DNA of 64,000 bases, from NCBI GenBank assembly GCA_051362555.1, contig CM120640.1, forward strand, positions 54,166,788 to 54,230,787. The letters are read 5' to 3'. The translations under genes and the position numbers were made by a program. Position 1 is the first letter of the stretch. Each line of letters starts with the position of its first letter. The notes beneath the pieces are model-generated. The model was given only the letters and a program-made list of their open reading frames with translations, made no database searches and was not told the origin of the DNA. Shown here one piece after another: positions 24,901 to 37,366 of the stretch. Source of the DNA: Lingula anatina. Its lineage: Eukaryota; Animalia; Brachiopoda.

Positions 24901-27900
24901 TTCTCTTTATGACTTTATATAATTAATTGTCCTGTAATTTGAAAGTAATCCTAGAGATGAATTTGATGGCAAAGCGACCATATTTCCATGTGGCAGTAAT
25001 ACGCATGCGCAGAAAGCTCATTTTCTGGCAAATTCAATAACGATGTTTGCGACAACCGACATCGATGGGGGGGGGGGGGGGATTTTTTTTTTTTTGGGGG
25101 GAGAACGGACGAAAATCGGTGCGCGCGCAGGATGTCATCCTTATAAATAAAAAAGTGCGGCCTTAAAAAAAAAAACCTGTCCTATTTCCTGCATTCATTT
25201 CAAAATAACTTGCCATTTTTACAGCTTGTAGCCAATACTTTGTATGGTGTGAGCTTCAAGTCTAAGTTTTCCTGTCTCAGAAGTTTGTCCATTAGGCTTA
25301 TCATCTGCAATACCAACTGATCCTGACGTAAGTCGTCGCCTAGTTTAAACATGGCTATATATTCAGTCTCTTCCACTGTTTTAAAGGCAAGTTTGCAGGG
25401 CATTAGCTGGCTCTGGATTAGAATAACAATTATTGAGAAATAATTTAAAATAATTTCATAACAAATAACAATTAACTGTTTATAAAATTACTTCTAAAAT
25501 GTGGTTCATGATGAAACGGAAATTAAGCCAATGCTAACATGTAAATCCCTCCTCAGAAAATGGATTTAACTTCAGGAATCTGTCTAAAAAAATATGAATC
25601 AAACTGATCTCTACGTAAACTGTTACTGATTTGCTACAAAAACAAATACCTTAAATAATGTTGCTTTGTCTGGTAATAGTGCTTTTATCTTAACTTCTGG
25701 ATCCAGAGGCAAAGGAATAGGATCAAAGCCAGCGAAATTGAACTTGAAAGTTTCATGGTCTGTTAACAATGCTTGCAATTTTTCAATCTGAAAACACATT
25801 TTAAAAAATCATACCATAGTTTCGTAAAGCAATGAATTAAAGAAAATTACTCTTGGCCTGCTTCTTCCTTAGCTATAATGAGAAAAAAATCCATCAAATG
25901 TTTTTAATTATTTTTTATTAATTCAACATATATTGTTGCCTGGGTTTATTTCCTCTTTACTTGACATACCTTCTTTGTTCTACTCCCACTTTCTCTGGTT
26001 ACCATTTTCACTAATTGGACTAATTTATCTTGAAAGGTTTTCTGTGATGCTATCATTGACCTCATTAGCCTGTATTCTGGGCCAAGCTGGAAAAAAATAC
26101 AGTTTGATTACTGGGTTTAATGCAAACATTATCTATGTCCCATTCCATATTGCATACTTGAAAACAACATTCCTATCAACACACATACACAAACTAAAAA
26201 AAACAAAATACAAATTGAAAAATAATAACAATAATTAGAATAAATTGAAGTAAAAGTTTTCAAGCAATCTCTTACATTAGGCTGCCGATCAGTTTTTTGT
26301 CGATGGTAGTTGGCTGACCCAACCATCCAGCTCTAAAAAATATAATGTTTTAAGGTGCATGCACTTACCCTCATCAAGGCCTGGCTAAATCTCTTCAAAA
26401 CTGTGATATACATGCTCTTTATCTTTTCATCTTTGGAGGCGGAGTTATCCTGGTCATCACACTCTACCACAAGGTACCTGAATATTGAAAATACTCAATA
26501 CAAGTGTGCTGTCATCCATAACATTTCCACTTGAATATGTTAATATACACTATTTCATTGAATCTCAAGTTCTGCTAGACAATGTACGATTTTACTAGAC
26601 CATAACTTACCAGTATAAATAATTAGCCAATTTAAAGTTCTTTGATGCTCTTGATATGAGGAATGTAGCTAGATCCATCTAAAAATATAGAGCGAGTTGA
26701 AATCAAAGTATTTGTAAATATATTAAGAAAAAACTGTTTATGTGCACAGGTATGCATACCCAATCAACTTAAATAATATTTATCAATAAAATAAATATAT
26801 TAATAAAATGAGTTTGGGGACAGGCCCAAAGGCAGGGATGGTTTGGGGTTCATGGGGTTTGAATAAATATTTGTGTGGTTGGAAAAAGTCTGCTCTATTT
26901 CAAAATTTGATCTATTCCATTTTAAGTTGGGTCAGGAGTATAAAGTACCATCTTTTCAGAAAAAGAGCTCCCCCTCCCACTTTTGAAACTGGGAACAGGT
27001 CTGGAAGATGACACTTCCACTTCATTTTTCTACAGTATGTGAAATTATTCAGGGCTGTTACTCAGTATTAACATACATCTTACCCCCAGTTACCACTTCC
27101 TTAAAATCTCAGATAAATATTGAGAATTAAGATTTAGAAAACACTTAACTATAGATTTATTTGCTTTAACACTAATGTTGTGGCCAGGGACTTTGTTTAA
27201 CATAAAGATATCAGATAACATACTTGGTCCTCCAGTCTGTTTTCATCCACTGAGGCAGCTTTGATAGCCTCCATGATATCATCAGGGGATCCAGACTCTC
27301 CAGGGGACATGATGGGTGCATTGCTGGTAGTGCTTGCACTCCTGAAAATACAGTGAAGATTCTTTATACACATGTCTATTTTTATATCCATGTTTCAAAA
27401 CTCAAACAGATTACATACATGAAAATTTATTTTTTAAAGTAAATTAGAACATCATTTACACTAGAAAAAATTAAATTTAACCTTGCAAAGTATATTACAT
27501 TTTGTACATTAACTTGAACTGCTTTGTATGGAAATAGATACATTACAAATGTTTGTACCTTGATGTTCTACCACCTGTGTGATCTCCTTGAATGTGAGAG
27601 GTCACAGTGGACATTGCACTTTCTCCCAATACTGAGCCAGAAACCTGCCGATTGGTTGGAGAAGTTTCCTGGCCTGCTCTGATCTCCTCAAAATTCTCAT
27701 ACTTTAAGGCCTGAACAAGTTGCAGCAGGTAGAGGAGAAGATCCTTAAACACAATATTTAAATGTTTATTTTGCTACATTGCTACATTTGCTACAGTTGT
27801 ATTTAAACCCACCAAGGTCCTGTGTTCATTTGTTTTGATGATTTGATACTTTTTTTTTTATTGTCGGATGATATCATTCTGATATAAATATTATACCATG

Positions 27901-30900
27901 TACTATAATAATTCTATAGCAAATCTAATATGGTACCACTGCTTTGAATCTAGAAAAAATGATAACAAGACAAATAACAAATGACTTGAGACCTTGATTA
28001 CAATCAAGTGGGGCTATAATAACAGACTACTGCAAGCAATGAGCAGTGTTTACCGCCAAAGATATCTGGGTTGAAAAGAATGATGCCACATTTCCTATCT
28101 GGTGTATCATGGGTCCAAGCAACAACTAGAGGATCAGAGAGGCGATACCGCCTCCGAATATTGTACCACCAGCTGGAGCAAGCGCATTCGTATAGACCCC
28201 CACATACACAAAATAAGGGGTGCAGCCACCAGTCTTGTGCTTGACAAGCTGTAAAAATGCAATCAACAAGAATTTTCAAAATATGCAAAAAATATATATA
28301 ACTAAAAATGGTGCAATCAAAGTTAAGTTCATTGTAAGGTAGGTCAAAGGTCAATTTCAAGGTCACAGTAAATTGCCAGTATATGACTTCCTATCCAACT
28401 TCAATAGTAACTATGGACCTATCTCTGCCAGTTTTGGAGATAAAAGGGAAGCAAAATTTGCAAAGTTCAGTTCATGGTGAAAAGTAGGTCAAAGGTCAAT
28501 TTCAAGGTCACAGTAAGATTGGCAGTATATGACTTCCTATTCAACTTCAATAGTAACTATGGACCTATCTCTGCCAGTTTTGGAGATAAAAGGGAAGCAA
28601 AATTTGCAAAGTTCAGTTCATGGTGAAAAGTAGGTCAAAGGTCAATTTCAAGGTCACATTTAGATTGCCAGTATATGACTTCCTATTCAACTTCAATAGT
28701 AACTATGGACCTATCTCTGCCAGTTTTGGAGATAAAAGGGAAGCAAAATTTGCAAAGTTCAGTTCATGGTGAAAAGAAGGTCAAAGGTCAATTTCAAGGT
28801 CACAGTAAAATTGCCAGTATATGACTTCCTATGCAAGTTCAATAGTAACTATGGACCTATCTCTGCCAGTTTTGGAGATAAAAGGGAAGCAAATTTTGCA
28901 AAGTTCAGTTCAAGGTGAAAAGTAGGTCAAAGGTCAATTTCAAGGTCACAGTAAAATTGCCAGTATATGACCTCCTATTCAAGTTCAATAGTAACTATGG
29001 ACCTATCTCTGCCAGTTTTGGAGATAAAAGGGAAGCAAAATTTGCAAAGTTCAGTTCATGGTGATAAGTAGGTCAAAGGTCAATTTCAAGGTCACAGTAA
29101 GATTGCCAGTATATGACTTCCTATTCAACTTCAATAGTAACTATGGACCTATCTCTGCCAGTTTTGGAGATAAAAGGGAAGCAAAATTTGCAAAGTTCAG
29201 TTCATGGTGAAAAGTAGGTCAAAGGTCAATTTCAAGGTCACATTTAGATTGCCAGTATATGACTTCCTATTCAACTTCAATAGTAACTATGGACCTATCT
29301 CTGCCAGTTTTGGAGATAAAAGGGAAGCAAAATTTGCAAAGTTCAGTTCATGGTGAAAAGAAGGTCAAAGGTCAATTTCAAGGTCACAGTAAAATTGCCA
29401 GTATATGACTTCCTATGCAAGTTCAATAGTAACTATGGACCTATCTCTGCCAGTTTTGGAGATAAAAGGGAAGCAAATTTTGCAAAGTTCAGTTCAAGGT
29501 GAAAAGTAGGTCAAAGGTCAATTTCAAGGTCACAGTAAAATTGCCAGTATATGACTTCCTATTCAAGTTCAATAGTAACTATGGACCTATCTCTGCCAGT
29601 TTTGGAGATAAAAGGGAAGCAAAATTTGCAAAGTTCAGTTCATGGTGATAAGTAGGTCAAAGGTCAATTTCAAGGTCACAGTAAGATTGCCAGTATATGA
29701 CTTCCTATTCAACTTTAATAGTAACTATGGACCTATCTCTGCCAGTTTTGGAGATAAAAGGGAAGCAAAATTTGCAAAGTTCAGTTCATGGTGAAAAGAA
29801 GGTCAAAGGTCAATTTCAAGGTCACAGTAAAATTGCCAGTATATGACTTCCTATGCAAGTTCAATAGTAACTATGGACCTATCTCTGCCAGTTTTGGAGA
29901 TAAAAGGGAAGCAAATTTTGCAAAGTTCAGTTCAAGGTGAAAAGTAGGTCAAAGGTCAATTTCAAGGTCACAGTAAAATTGCCAGTATATGACCTCCTAT
30001 TCAAGTTCAATAGTAACTATGGACCTATCTCTGCCAGTTTTGGAGATAAAAGGGAAGCAAAATTTGCAAAGTTCAGTTCATGGTGATAAGTAGGTCAAAG
30101 GTCAATTTCAAGGTCACAGTAAGATTGCCAGTATATGACTTCCTATTCAACTTCAATAGTAACTATGGACCTATCTCTGCCAGTTTTGGAGATAAAAGGG
30201 AAGCAAAATTTGCAAAGTTCAGTTCATGGTGAAAAGTAGGTCAAAGGTCAATTTCAAGGTCACATTTAGATTGCCAGTATATGACTTCCTATTCAACTTC
30301 AATAGTAACTATGGACCTATCTCTGCCAGTTTTGGAGATAAAAGGGAAGCAAAATTTGCAAAGTTCAGTTCATGGTGAAAAGAAGGTCAAAGGTCAATTT
30401 CAAGGTCACAGTAAAATTGCCAGTATACGACTTCCTATGCAAGTTCAATAGTAACTATGGACCTATCTCTGCCAGTTTTGGAGATAAAAGGGAAGCAAAT
30501 TTTGCAAAGTTCAGTTCAAGGTGAAAAGTAGGTCAAAGGTCAATTTCAAGGTCACAGTAAAATTGCCAGTATATGACTTCCTATTCAAGTTCAATAGTAA
30601 CTATGGACCTATCTCTGCCAGTTTTGGAGATATAAGGGACTAAATGTTATAATTTTGGAGTTACCATAATGTGCCATAAATTTCCTACAGAAAAAATTAA
30701 TTAAAATAAAGAAAAGGTCATTTTGGTCAAAGTTCTTGAAATGGGAGGTTCTCTGAAGTTGCAGAAGTTTAAATTTGATAAAATAATGTCATTTTTGACC
30801 ACAAGTTGTCTGCTTTGCCAAGCATTATGTTTTATTTTTCCGGAGTTCAAAATTTATTATCCATTACCGTACTGCACATTTTTACGGAAGCCGACTGGTG

Positions 30901-33900
30901 CCATATGTTGAAAAAAAAAATTATCTCGAAATTTCGAGATAGCATTTTTTTTGTTCAAATTTCAAAATACTATCTCGAAATTTCGAGATAAATTTTTTTG
31001 CTCAAATATCAAAATGCTATCTCGAAATTTCGAGATAATTTTTTTTTTGTTCAAATTTCAAAATGCTATCTCGAAATTTCGAGATAAAAATTTTTTTTGT
31101 TCAAATTTCAAAATAGTATCTCGAAATTTCGAGATAATTTTTTTTTCTACATATGGCACCAGTCGGCTTCCGTACATTTTCCTTTCACCACCAATATGTA
31201 CTTTCTGATACAGCGTAACTCGAAAACCGTATGGAATACAAAAAAACCGAGACCACCTCCAGTGTTGGGCTTTACATGCTCTACAAAATGCAAAAAAGAA
31301 TGGGTCTCTAGCATTAACGGTTCCCGAATTAGAGACAGTTTTCAGTTTCGGTATCTTATGGCCGCTACTCCTGTGAAAATGCACCGATTGACCCCAAATT
31401 CACGGAGATGAAAGATGACCTGAAGGGTAACACTTTCCAATAATATTATTGGTTAAGTCTGTGTGGCGTCTGAATAACAGGGCAAAAAAATTTTTTTTCG
31501 TAAAAAATTTCATTTTTTTGAAAATTTTGACCCATTTGACCTTGAAGTAAAGGTCAAAGGTCAAATCCGAGGGTATATTTGAAATCTACACATATGACTT
31601 TTGGAAAGCCGTCTATAGAAATTTTTCCCGTAACTCCTTCTGTAGGGTAGATAATTAGCATTTAATTTTGCCATTTTTAGACAAGGGTGCATTGCAATGA
31701 GTGCCACACCCAGACCCCAATACCGACAAAGCCCAAATTTTACGTGGAACGAGTTGAGATTATAGGTGACCTAAATCCATGAGATGGGTACGGGGGCCCT
31801 TACCGTCTAGGAGGAGAAGCGGTAACGGTAACATGGCGGCGGAGCCGGCGGAACGGACCGGACGGGACCGAAACCATGTGTACCGCCAGCGCTAACGCTG
31901 GTGGTAAATTTTTTTGTTCAAATTTCAAAATAGTATCTCGAAATTTCGAGATAATTTTTTTTTCTACATATGGCACCAGTGGGCTTCCGTACATTTTCCT
32001 TTCACCACCAATATGTACTTTTTGATACAGCGTAACTCGAAAACCGTATGGAATACAAAAAAACCGAGACCACCTCCAGTGTTGGGCTTTACATGCTCTA
32101 CAAAATGCAAAAAAGAATGGGTCTCTAGCATTAACGGTTCCCGAATTAGAGACAGTTTTCAGTTTCGGTATCTTATGGCCGCTACTCCTGTGAAAATGCA
32201 CCGATTGACCCCAAATTCACGGAGATGAAAGATGACCTGAAGGGTAACACTTTCCAATAATATTATTGGTTAAGTCTGTGTGGTGTCTGAATAACAGGGC
32301 AAAAAATTTTTTTTTCGTAAAAAATTTCATTTTTTGAAAATTTTGGCCCATTTGACCTTGAAGTAAAGGTCAAAGGTCAAATCCGAGGGTATATTTGAAA
32401 TCTACACATATGACTTTTGGAAAGCCGTCTGTAGAAAATTTTCCCGTAACTCCTTCCATAGGGTAGATAATTAGCATTTAATTTTGCCATTTTTGGACAA
32501 GGGTGCATTGCAATGAGTGCCACACCCAGACCCCAATACCGACAAAGCCCAAATTTTACGTGGAACGAGTTGAGATTATAGGTGACCTAAATCCATGAGA
32601 TGGGTATGGGGGGCCTTACCGTCTAGGAGGAGAAGCGGTAACGGTAGCCGTCCGGCGGAGCCGGCGGAGCCGGCGGAACGATCCGGACGAGACCGAAACC
32701 ATGTGTACCGCCAGCGCTAACGCTGGTGGTACAATGAATCATATCCAATCTACCTCATCATCAGCCTGCTGCAGTCTGCTAACAGCATATTTTCTGACTG
32801 CAGGATAAGTAAATGCTGGGCACAGAAGCTCCAGAGCATCCTCTGGGTCTATAGGGCTCCATTTCTGCATCAGATCCAATGCTTGTTTCACCTCCTGGGG
32901 GATGTCCCACTTCACACACTTCAGGAACTTGGTCAAAGCCTAATAGTCAAAAATATAAAAATACATTAATAAAAATAGTTCTTTTCTTTTTTGCTTCTTT
33001 TTTGAGTTTGACATTTTTCAGGACTTAAGGAAACATGCACACAATCAAGTATTGATATGATACATTGTTTACTTATTTTCAAAGCAACACAACAAAATGT
33101 TTTTTTTAATTAAAAAATAGGTGGTACTGAAGCTCAGGGTAAATTTGGTTTAACTGCCCTTGTTTTGTAATCACAAAAGAAAATATCAAATAAATTTATC
33201 TGAAAATGTTTTATTTGCAAATTATGTAGATACAAATTCAACAATGATTTTTATGAATAAATACACAATATTGTCATATTAAGTTATACTGTCCATCCAA
33301 CACATGAAAATGTATGTCCAGTTCACTTAATGTTACTTACTTTTTTCTTTTCTGAGAGATAAAATCTGAACTTCCACAACAAATCTTGTTCCTCTGATGT
33401 CAAGGTTTTAGTCGGAGGATATCCAAGTATAGTCTGAGGAGAGAATTGTGAAAATATCACAATTACCACACAATAAATAAACTACTATTCATCCCATTTC
33501 ACCATTCACATTGTTGGTTCTGGAAATAAGTTTTGGAAAGGAAAAGTGAAGGTGTGGAGAAGACCCCCCACCCACCCAGAATATACAATGTGAATGGAAA
33601 CTATCACTTCAGTGCATCAAATAACATTTGAAGAAATACTTACATTCAGTTGATCCCTGTTGCCTGCATTAGGTTTCAAGTCCCTATCTGTCCTCAGACT
33701 ACGAGCCAACTTATGATGTTTGCTTTCAACTAAGTTTTCCTAAAAGTACAATCTGAGTGCTTAAAACCACCTTCAAAACTGGCCAAAATATTAACTTAAC
33801 AAATAAAATGCATAAGAGCTATGTGAGATAAAAGCATTAAAATCCATCCTTTACATTTTAAGGATCTCTGCAATGGCTTTATTTGTGCATTTAACAGTAA

Positions 33901-36900
33901 TATTGCTCCCACTTTTATACGCACTGAATGCATTTATATTTTAAATTCTTACTAGTGATATTTCAGCATCTGGCACAGAGACAATGTCAGCATTTGTCCT
34001 CACTGGAAGAATTTCATCCCCTCCCTGAAGTTTTATGATAAAAAGAGACAGATGAAGAAGTTGTTAAAAGAGCTACTTTGAAAGTAAAAATATTTAAGGG
34101 TGTAAATTAAGCATGTATTAATTTGCACTTTAATGATAATATTTTAATTCTGTGCATTCAGTTAGTAAAATAACAACATATTTAAGTATAATTGAAACTT
34201 GTGTGACTTTAAACACATCTAACTGATTGAAGAAAAACTTTAATTTTTAAAATGTTATTTACAAGAAGCATGTGTTGCCTCATGAAAGCTAACCTTCTCA
34301 AAGTAAACAACTGCAAACTCTGTTCCTTCATAATGAATCAGTGGGAATTCTACCATGAGGTACATGAAGTTTGAATCCCTTTTCTGCTTTTCATTAATCA
34401 TCTCTATTTCCCTAAAGGTCAGCCTGTCTAGCCAGTCCACCTTCAGCATGTGTCCATCTTTGTGCTTTATGCTCAGCTGTAAAAATGTCAACCCATCACA
34501 TTAATACAGTGTCCAATACTAAATAACCAAATTGTCTTATATGAAATTTCTAACAGACAAATGTTAAAGGTACCATGCTACAAGGTATTACACACACACA
34601 CAAAATCTGCAAATGCCTGAATGACAGGAAAAAATTAAGCAGCAATCCAACCAATTGCTATCCACCATCTTATCATAAAATTCATAAAAGTTTTAGTAAC
34701 AGCAACACTGGTCAAATAATTTTTTCAAGAAATGAGTATTGTATCTACAGAGATAATGAGACTTATTCAATCCTACACCTTAGCCAGTCTGCTCATTTCA
34801 TCTTTTGACCCATCTATCTTGCCTGGAGTGGTGGAACCAACATGGCCATCTGCTTCCAAGTCTGGCCATACTTTTAAGTCATGCATTCCCTGACGGAAAG
34901 TTCTATAAATGCCCAAAAAAACAAGTATTTTTGTAATCATACCAGCTATAATTTATCAAATTTTGTGGGTTGCAGTGATTTCAATGTAATGATATAAAGA
35001 CTTTTAAATGTGAAACAGACTAAAATATGCAAGCAACCACATAATATTTCATTTCTTTCTTCTTCAACTGACTTATATGGGTTTTACAAAATAACACCCA
35101 TTTAAAAAAATGTTAAAAATTGTTGACTCTTAGAAAGAAAAAAATTTGCCCAGATAAAGCTATAAATCTAAAATGCAAAGAAACATTGTTTTTAAATTAC
35201 CCATGTTTTCCAAACAATGGCATTGTGGTTCCCCCTACTGGAATGGCATTCCTGGGACCATAGATATCCCATATTGTAAAACAGGCCAAGGCATTCCGAG
35301 GAAGATCACTATACTTCACAGGCAGTGTTAACCATTCATTCCAACTGAAAATGGATGGAAAATGAAAATAATAAAGTTTTTGTTATTGTGTTTCCTTGTA
35401 CAATTTAACATACATTTTAGTTTACATCAGATGAAATGTTTTTGGTAACTACCTAACAGTAAAATGCTAATATAAAAACACACACATAAGTTTATTCAAT
35501 GCCAATCTCACATGAGAAGTTTATAATGAACAAAGTGGTAAGCAATAAATGCAGGCCCGTAGCCAGCAATTTCAAAAGGGGGGTTCTTTTACTGAAAAAG
35601 TGGACCTTTTCCCATAAAAACTTAATGTACCTAGATTAAATTTTACCCAGAGTGGACCTTTTCCCAGCAAAAGGGGCGGTTCTTTCGAACTCCCCAAACC
35701 CCCCTGGCTACGGGCCTGAAATGAACATTTAATATATATCTATGCAACGGAATTATTGATAATACCAGACTGAGGTTGAGTGTTCTTTGTCCTGGTTTGT
35801 CTACCACAGTTAATTATCCAACCAGTATATAATACGCATGTGACTGAGTCATATGCAGAAGTTGGCATAATGATCACATCAGGTCATATGAATAAACTAT
35901 AATTATGCTTTCTATACAGGCATAGCAGTGACATTTCCTAATACACTAACTATAAAACAGAATATGAAACAATAAAAAATCTATACATTTTTCTATTAAA
36001 TACCTACTCAATCATCAACAAGTAAATCCCCTCACACTAAAACAAAATTACCCATAACAGCTGTATGTAAAATCTTCTCTGACTGAAAAGAATGATACAA
36101 CCTAGATGATAAGTAAAGATAAAAATTTAAATAATTTAGTCAATCTATCACCAATTTGTCCAACAAGTTAGTGTTTTTATTTCCTATTTACTCATGTCAG
36201 CATGGTTGACCCCAGCTTTTGTAGTAGCACTTACTTCCATCTGGTACTGAATGCCTTGTATGCTGTCCTCACTGGCAGAGTGAGAGGTTTGCCATCTGCA
36301 TACACCTGGCAGGTGACATACAGGTCAGAGCAGCTGTCCTTACAGGCTCCAGAGAACCTCAACAATGGATCATTTACCAACTGCTTATATCCAGGCCTGT
36401 CACGCTTCCCTTCAAGAGTACCACTGAAAAATATACAACAGTTTAAGATGCACAGTATCATACTTTTTGCCTTAAAAATTTGTACTTAAGAGATTTTCCT
36501 GGAATAAATAGTAATCTACTTCATCTTAGTAACCTTCAATTCTCCTTTCTTGAAACTCACCAAATACCAATCTGGGCAAATTAAAAAGTCTTTATCTATG
36601 CTTATAAGTAATGGTTATTCAAATTCCGCCATAACTTTGGCTTAGTTCTAGCACTGGTTTTGTGTGATGCAATACTGTATCTAGATCGTTGACAGGTAGT
36701 TCAGTTCGTCAGGATTAAAGAGGTAAATTTAATTTAATTTAATTTAATTTTTATTTATTATTATTTTTTATTTTAGGTGACATAAAATACACTTAAAAAC
36801 AGGAGAGCTTTAAAACAATTTTCTTTCATTTTATGCAATCGTCATATACTCATTTCACGAAATAACTGCTTGTTGCATTTCATTGAAGACTGCTGTCAAT

Positions 36901-37366
36901 GCATCAAAAACTCACATGAATAACTGTCTGTGTTTTATTTAGCATTTAATCCTTGATGTGTTTAACGAAATTGTATCATGTTTAACTAAGCCAATTAAAA
37001 TGGTGCAAATTAAAATCTTCACAAAAGCGTAGAGGAACTATCGTAAATCAGAACTGTACGTTTACAGTATTTCAGTGTCTGAGATCATAATGAATGACAG
37101 AACTCCGTTTAAATGGTGTGTCACTGACTGTACAATGCACACTGCAGCAGTGGTGTAGTGACTGTGTCTTCGGAAGAGCCCTCGCTGAGAAGATAATTTG
37201 GTGAAGCAAAAATGGGCTATTTGCAGAATTATCGTTCTTAGTGACTATGAACTAATAACTTAACGGCAAACTCAGCATTTTAAGTGTATACTTACATTTT
37301 AAGCTGTACATTCACATCTAAATCACAGCTATATACGTAACAAAATCTTTCAGGAAGATCCCCCAT
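20722..37366 (-). CDS. PIK3C3: Phosphatidylinositol 3-kinase catalytic subunit type 3 (Vps34), 22 coding exons
   Basis: Exons 37296-37366, 36235-36423, 35201-35344, 34779-34902, 34294-34476, 33953-34024, 33644-33739, 33341-33433, 32754-32939, 27559-27743, 27224-27341, 26611-26678, 26369-26477, 25970-26086, 25650-25787, 25214-25412, 23731-23880, 23449-23523, 22815-22983, 21371-21461, 21083-21208, 20722-20736. Motifs: [51 protein letters not shown] (catalytic loop), FHIDFG, terminal YWRK*. Confidence 0.97.
24099..25162. mobile_element. TIR element with GGCC termini (Zator- or Kolobok-like), carrying nested fragments
   Basis: GGCCACACTTTTTTATTTTTATGGATGACATCCT at left, AGGATGTCATCCTTATAAATAAAAAAGTGCGGCC at right; flanks ATA / TTA; no transposase ORF. 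Confidence 0.6.
24295..24429. mobile_element. Partial inverted copy of the 35552-35718 MITE
   Basis: Reverse-complement match including GCTGGGAAAAGGTCCACTCTGGGTAAAA and terminal CTGGCTACGGGCCTG. Confidence 0.8.
28341..30638 (+). repeat. Satellite array, 146-bp unit, about 16 copies, with higher-order structure
   Basis: AGGTCAAAGG unit starts at 28341, 28486, 28632, 28778, 28924, 29070, 29216, 29362, 29508, 29654, 29800, 29946, 30092, 30238, 30384, 30530 (last unit partial). Confidence 0.97.
30883..31174. mobile_element. MITE with TAYGG...CCRTA termini and 6-bp TSD (IS3EU-type), nested in the Helentron-like element
   Basis: TIR TACGGAAGCCGACTGGTGCCATATGT / ACATATGGCACCAGTCGGCTTCCGTA; TSD CATTTT at 30877-30882 and 31175-31180; body built from five ATCTCGAAATTTCGAGAT palindromes. 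Confidence 0.85.
31088..32734 (+). repeat. 817-bp tandem duplication of the element's right end
   Basis: Near-identical ORFs at 31097 and 31914 (offset 817); terminal hairpin present twice (about 31880-31906 and 32705-32732). Confidence 0.93.
35552..35718. mobile_element. MITE with CAG...CTG termini and 5-bp TSD
   Basis: TIR CAGGCCCGTAGCCAG / CTGGCTACGGGCCTG; TSD AAATG on both sides; inverted partial copy at 24295-24429. Confidence 0.85.

Larger units (their letters stand above)
28020..32734 (+). mobile_element. Composite non-autonomous Helentron/HINE-like element in PIK3C3 intron 9
   Basis: Left end has a short hairpin (ACTGC...GCAGT) plus TACCGCCA and ATTGTACCACCAGC (about 28160). Right end has a CGGCGGAGC micro-repeat then the hairpin GTACCGCCAGCG-CTAA-CGCTGGTGGTAC-AAT, whose 3' arm is the reverse complement of the left motif. 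Internal tandem array; no transposase ORF. Left boundary approximate. Confidence 0.6.

Noticed and set aside
26276-26332. Apparent 57-nt in-frame cassette exon in PIK3C3 ([19 protein letters not shown]) with ttttag acceptor and GTAAGA donor
   Set aside because: The upstream intron would be only 36 nt, and the flanking exons already join to give the expected Vps34 sequence.
28341-30638. Regular array as a possible CRISPR locus
   Set aside because: Units are contiguous near-identical 146-mers without unique spacers, no cas genes, and the context is a eukaryotic intron.
30723-32228. Duplicated 60-130 aa ORFs as possible transposase or small proteins
   Set aside because: They arise from MITE palindromes and the 817-bp duplication; no DDE or Rep/helicase motifs seen.
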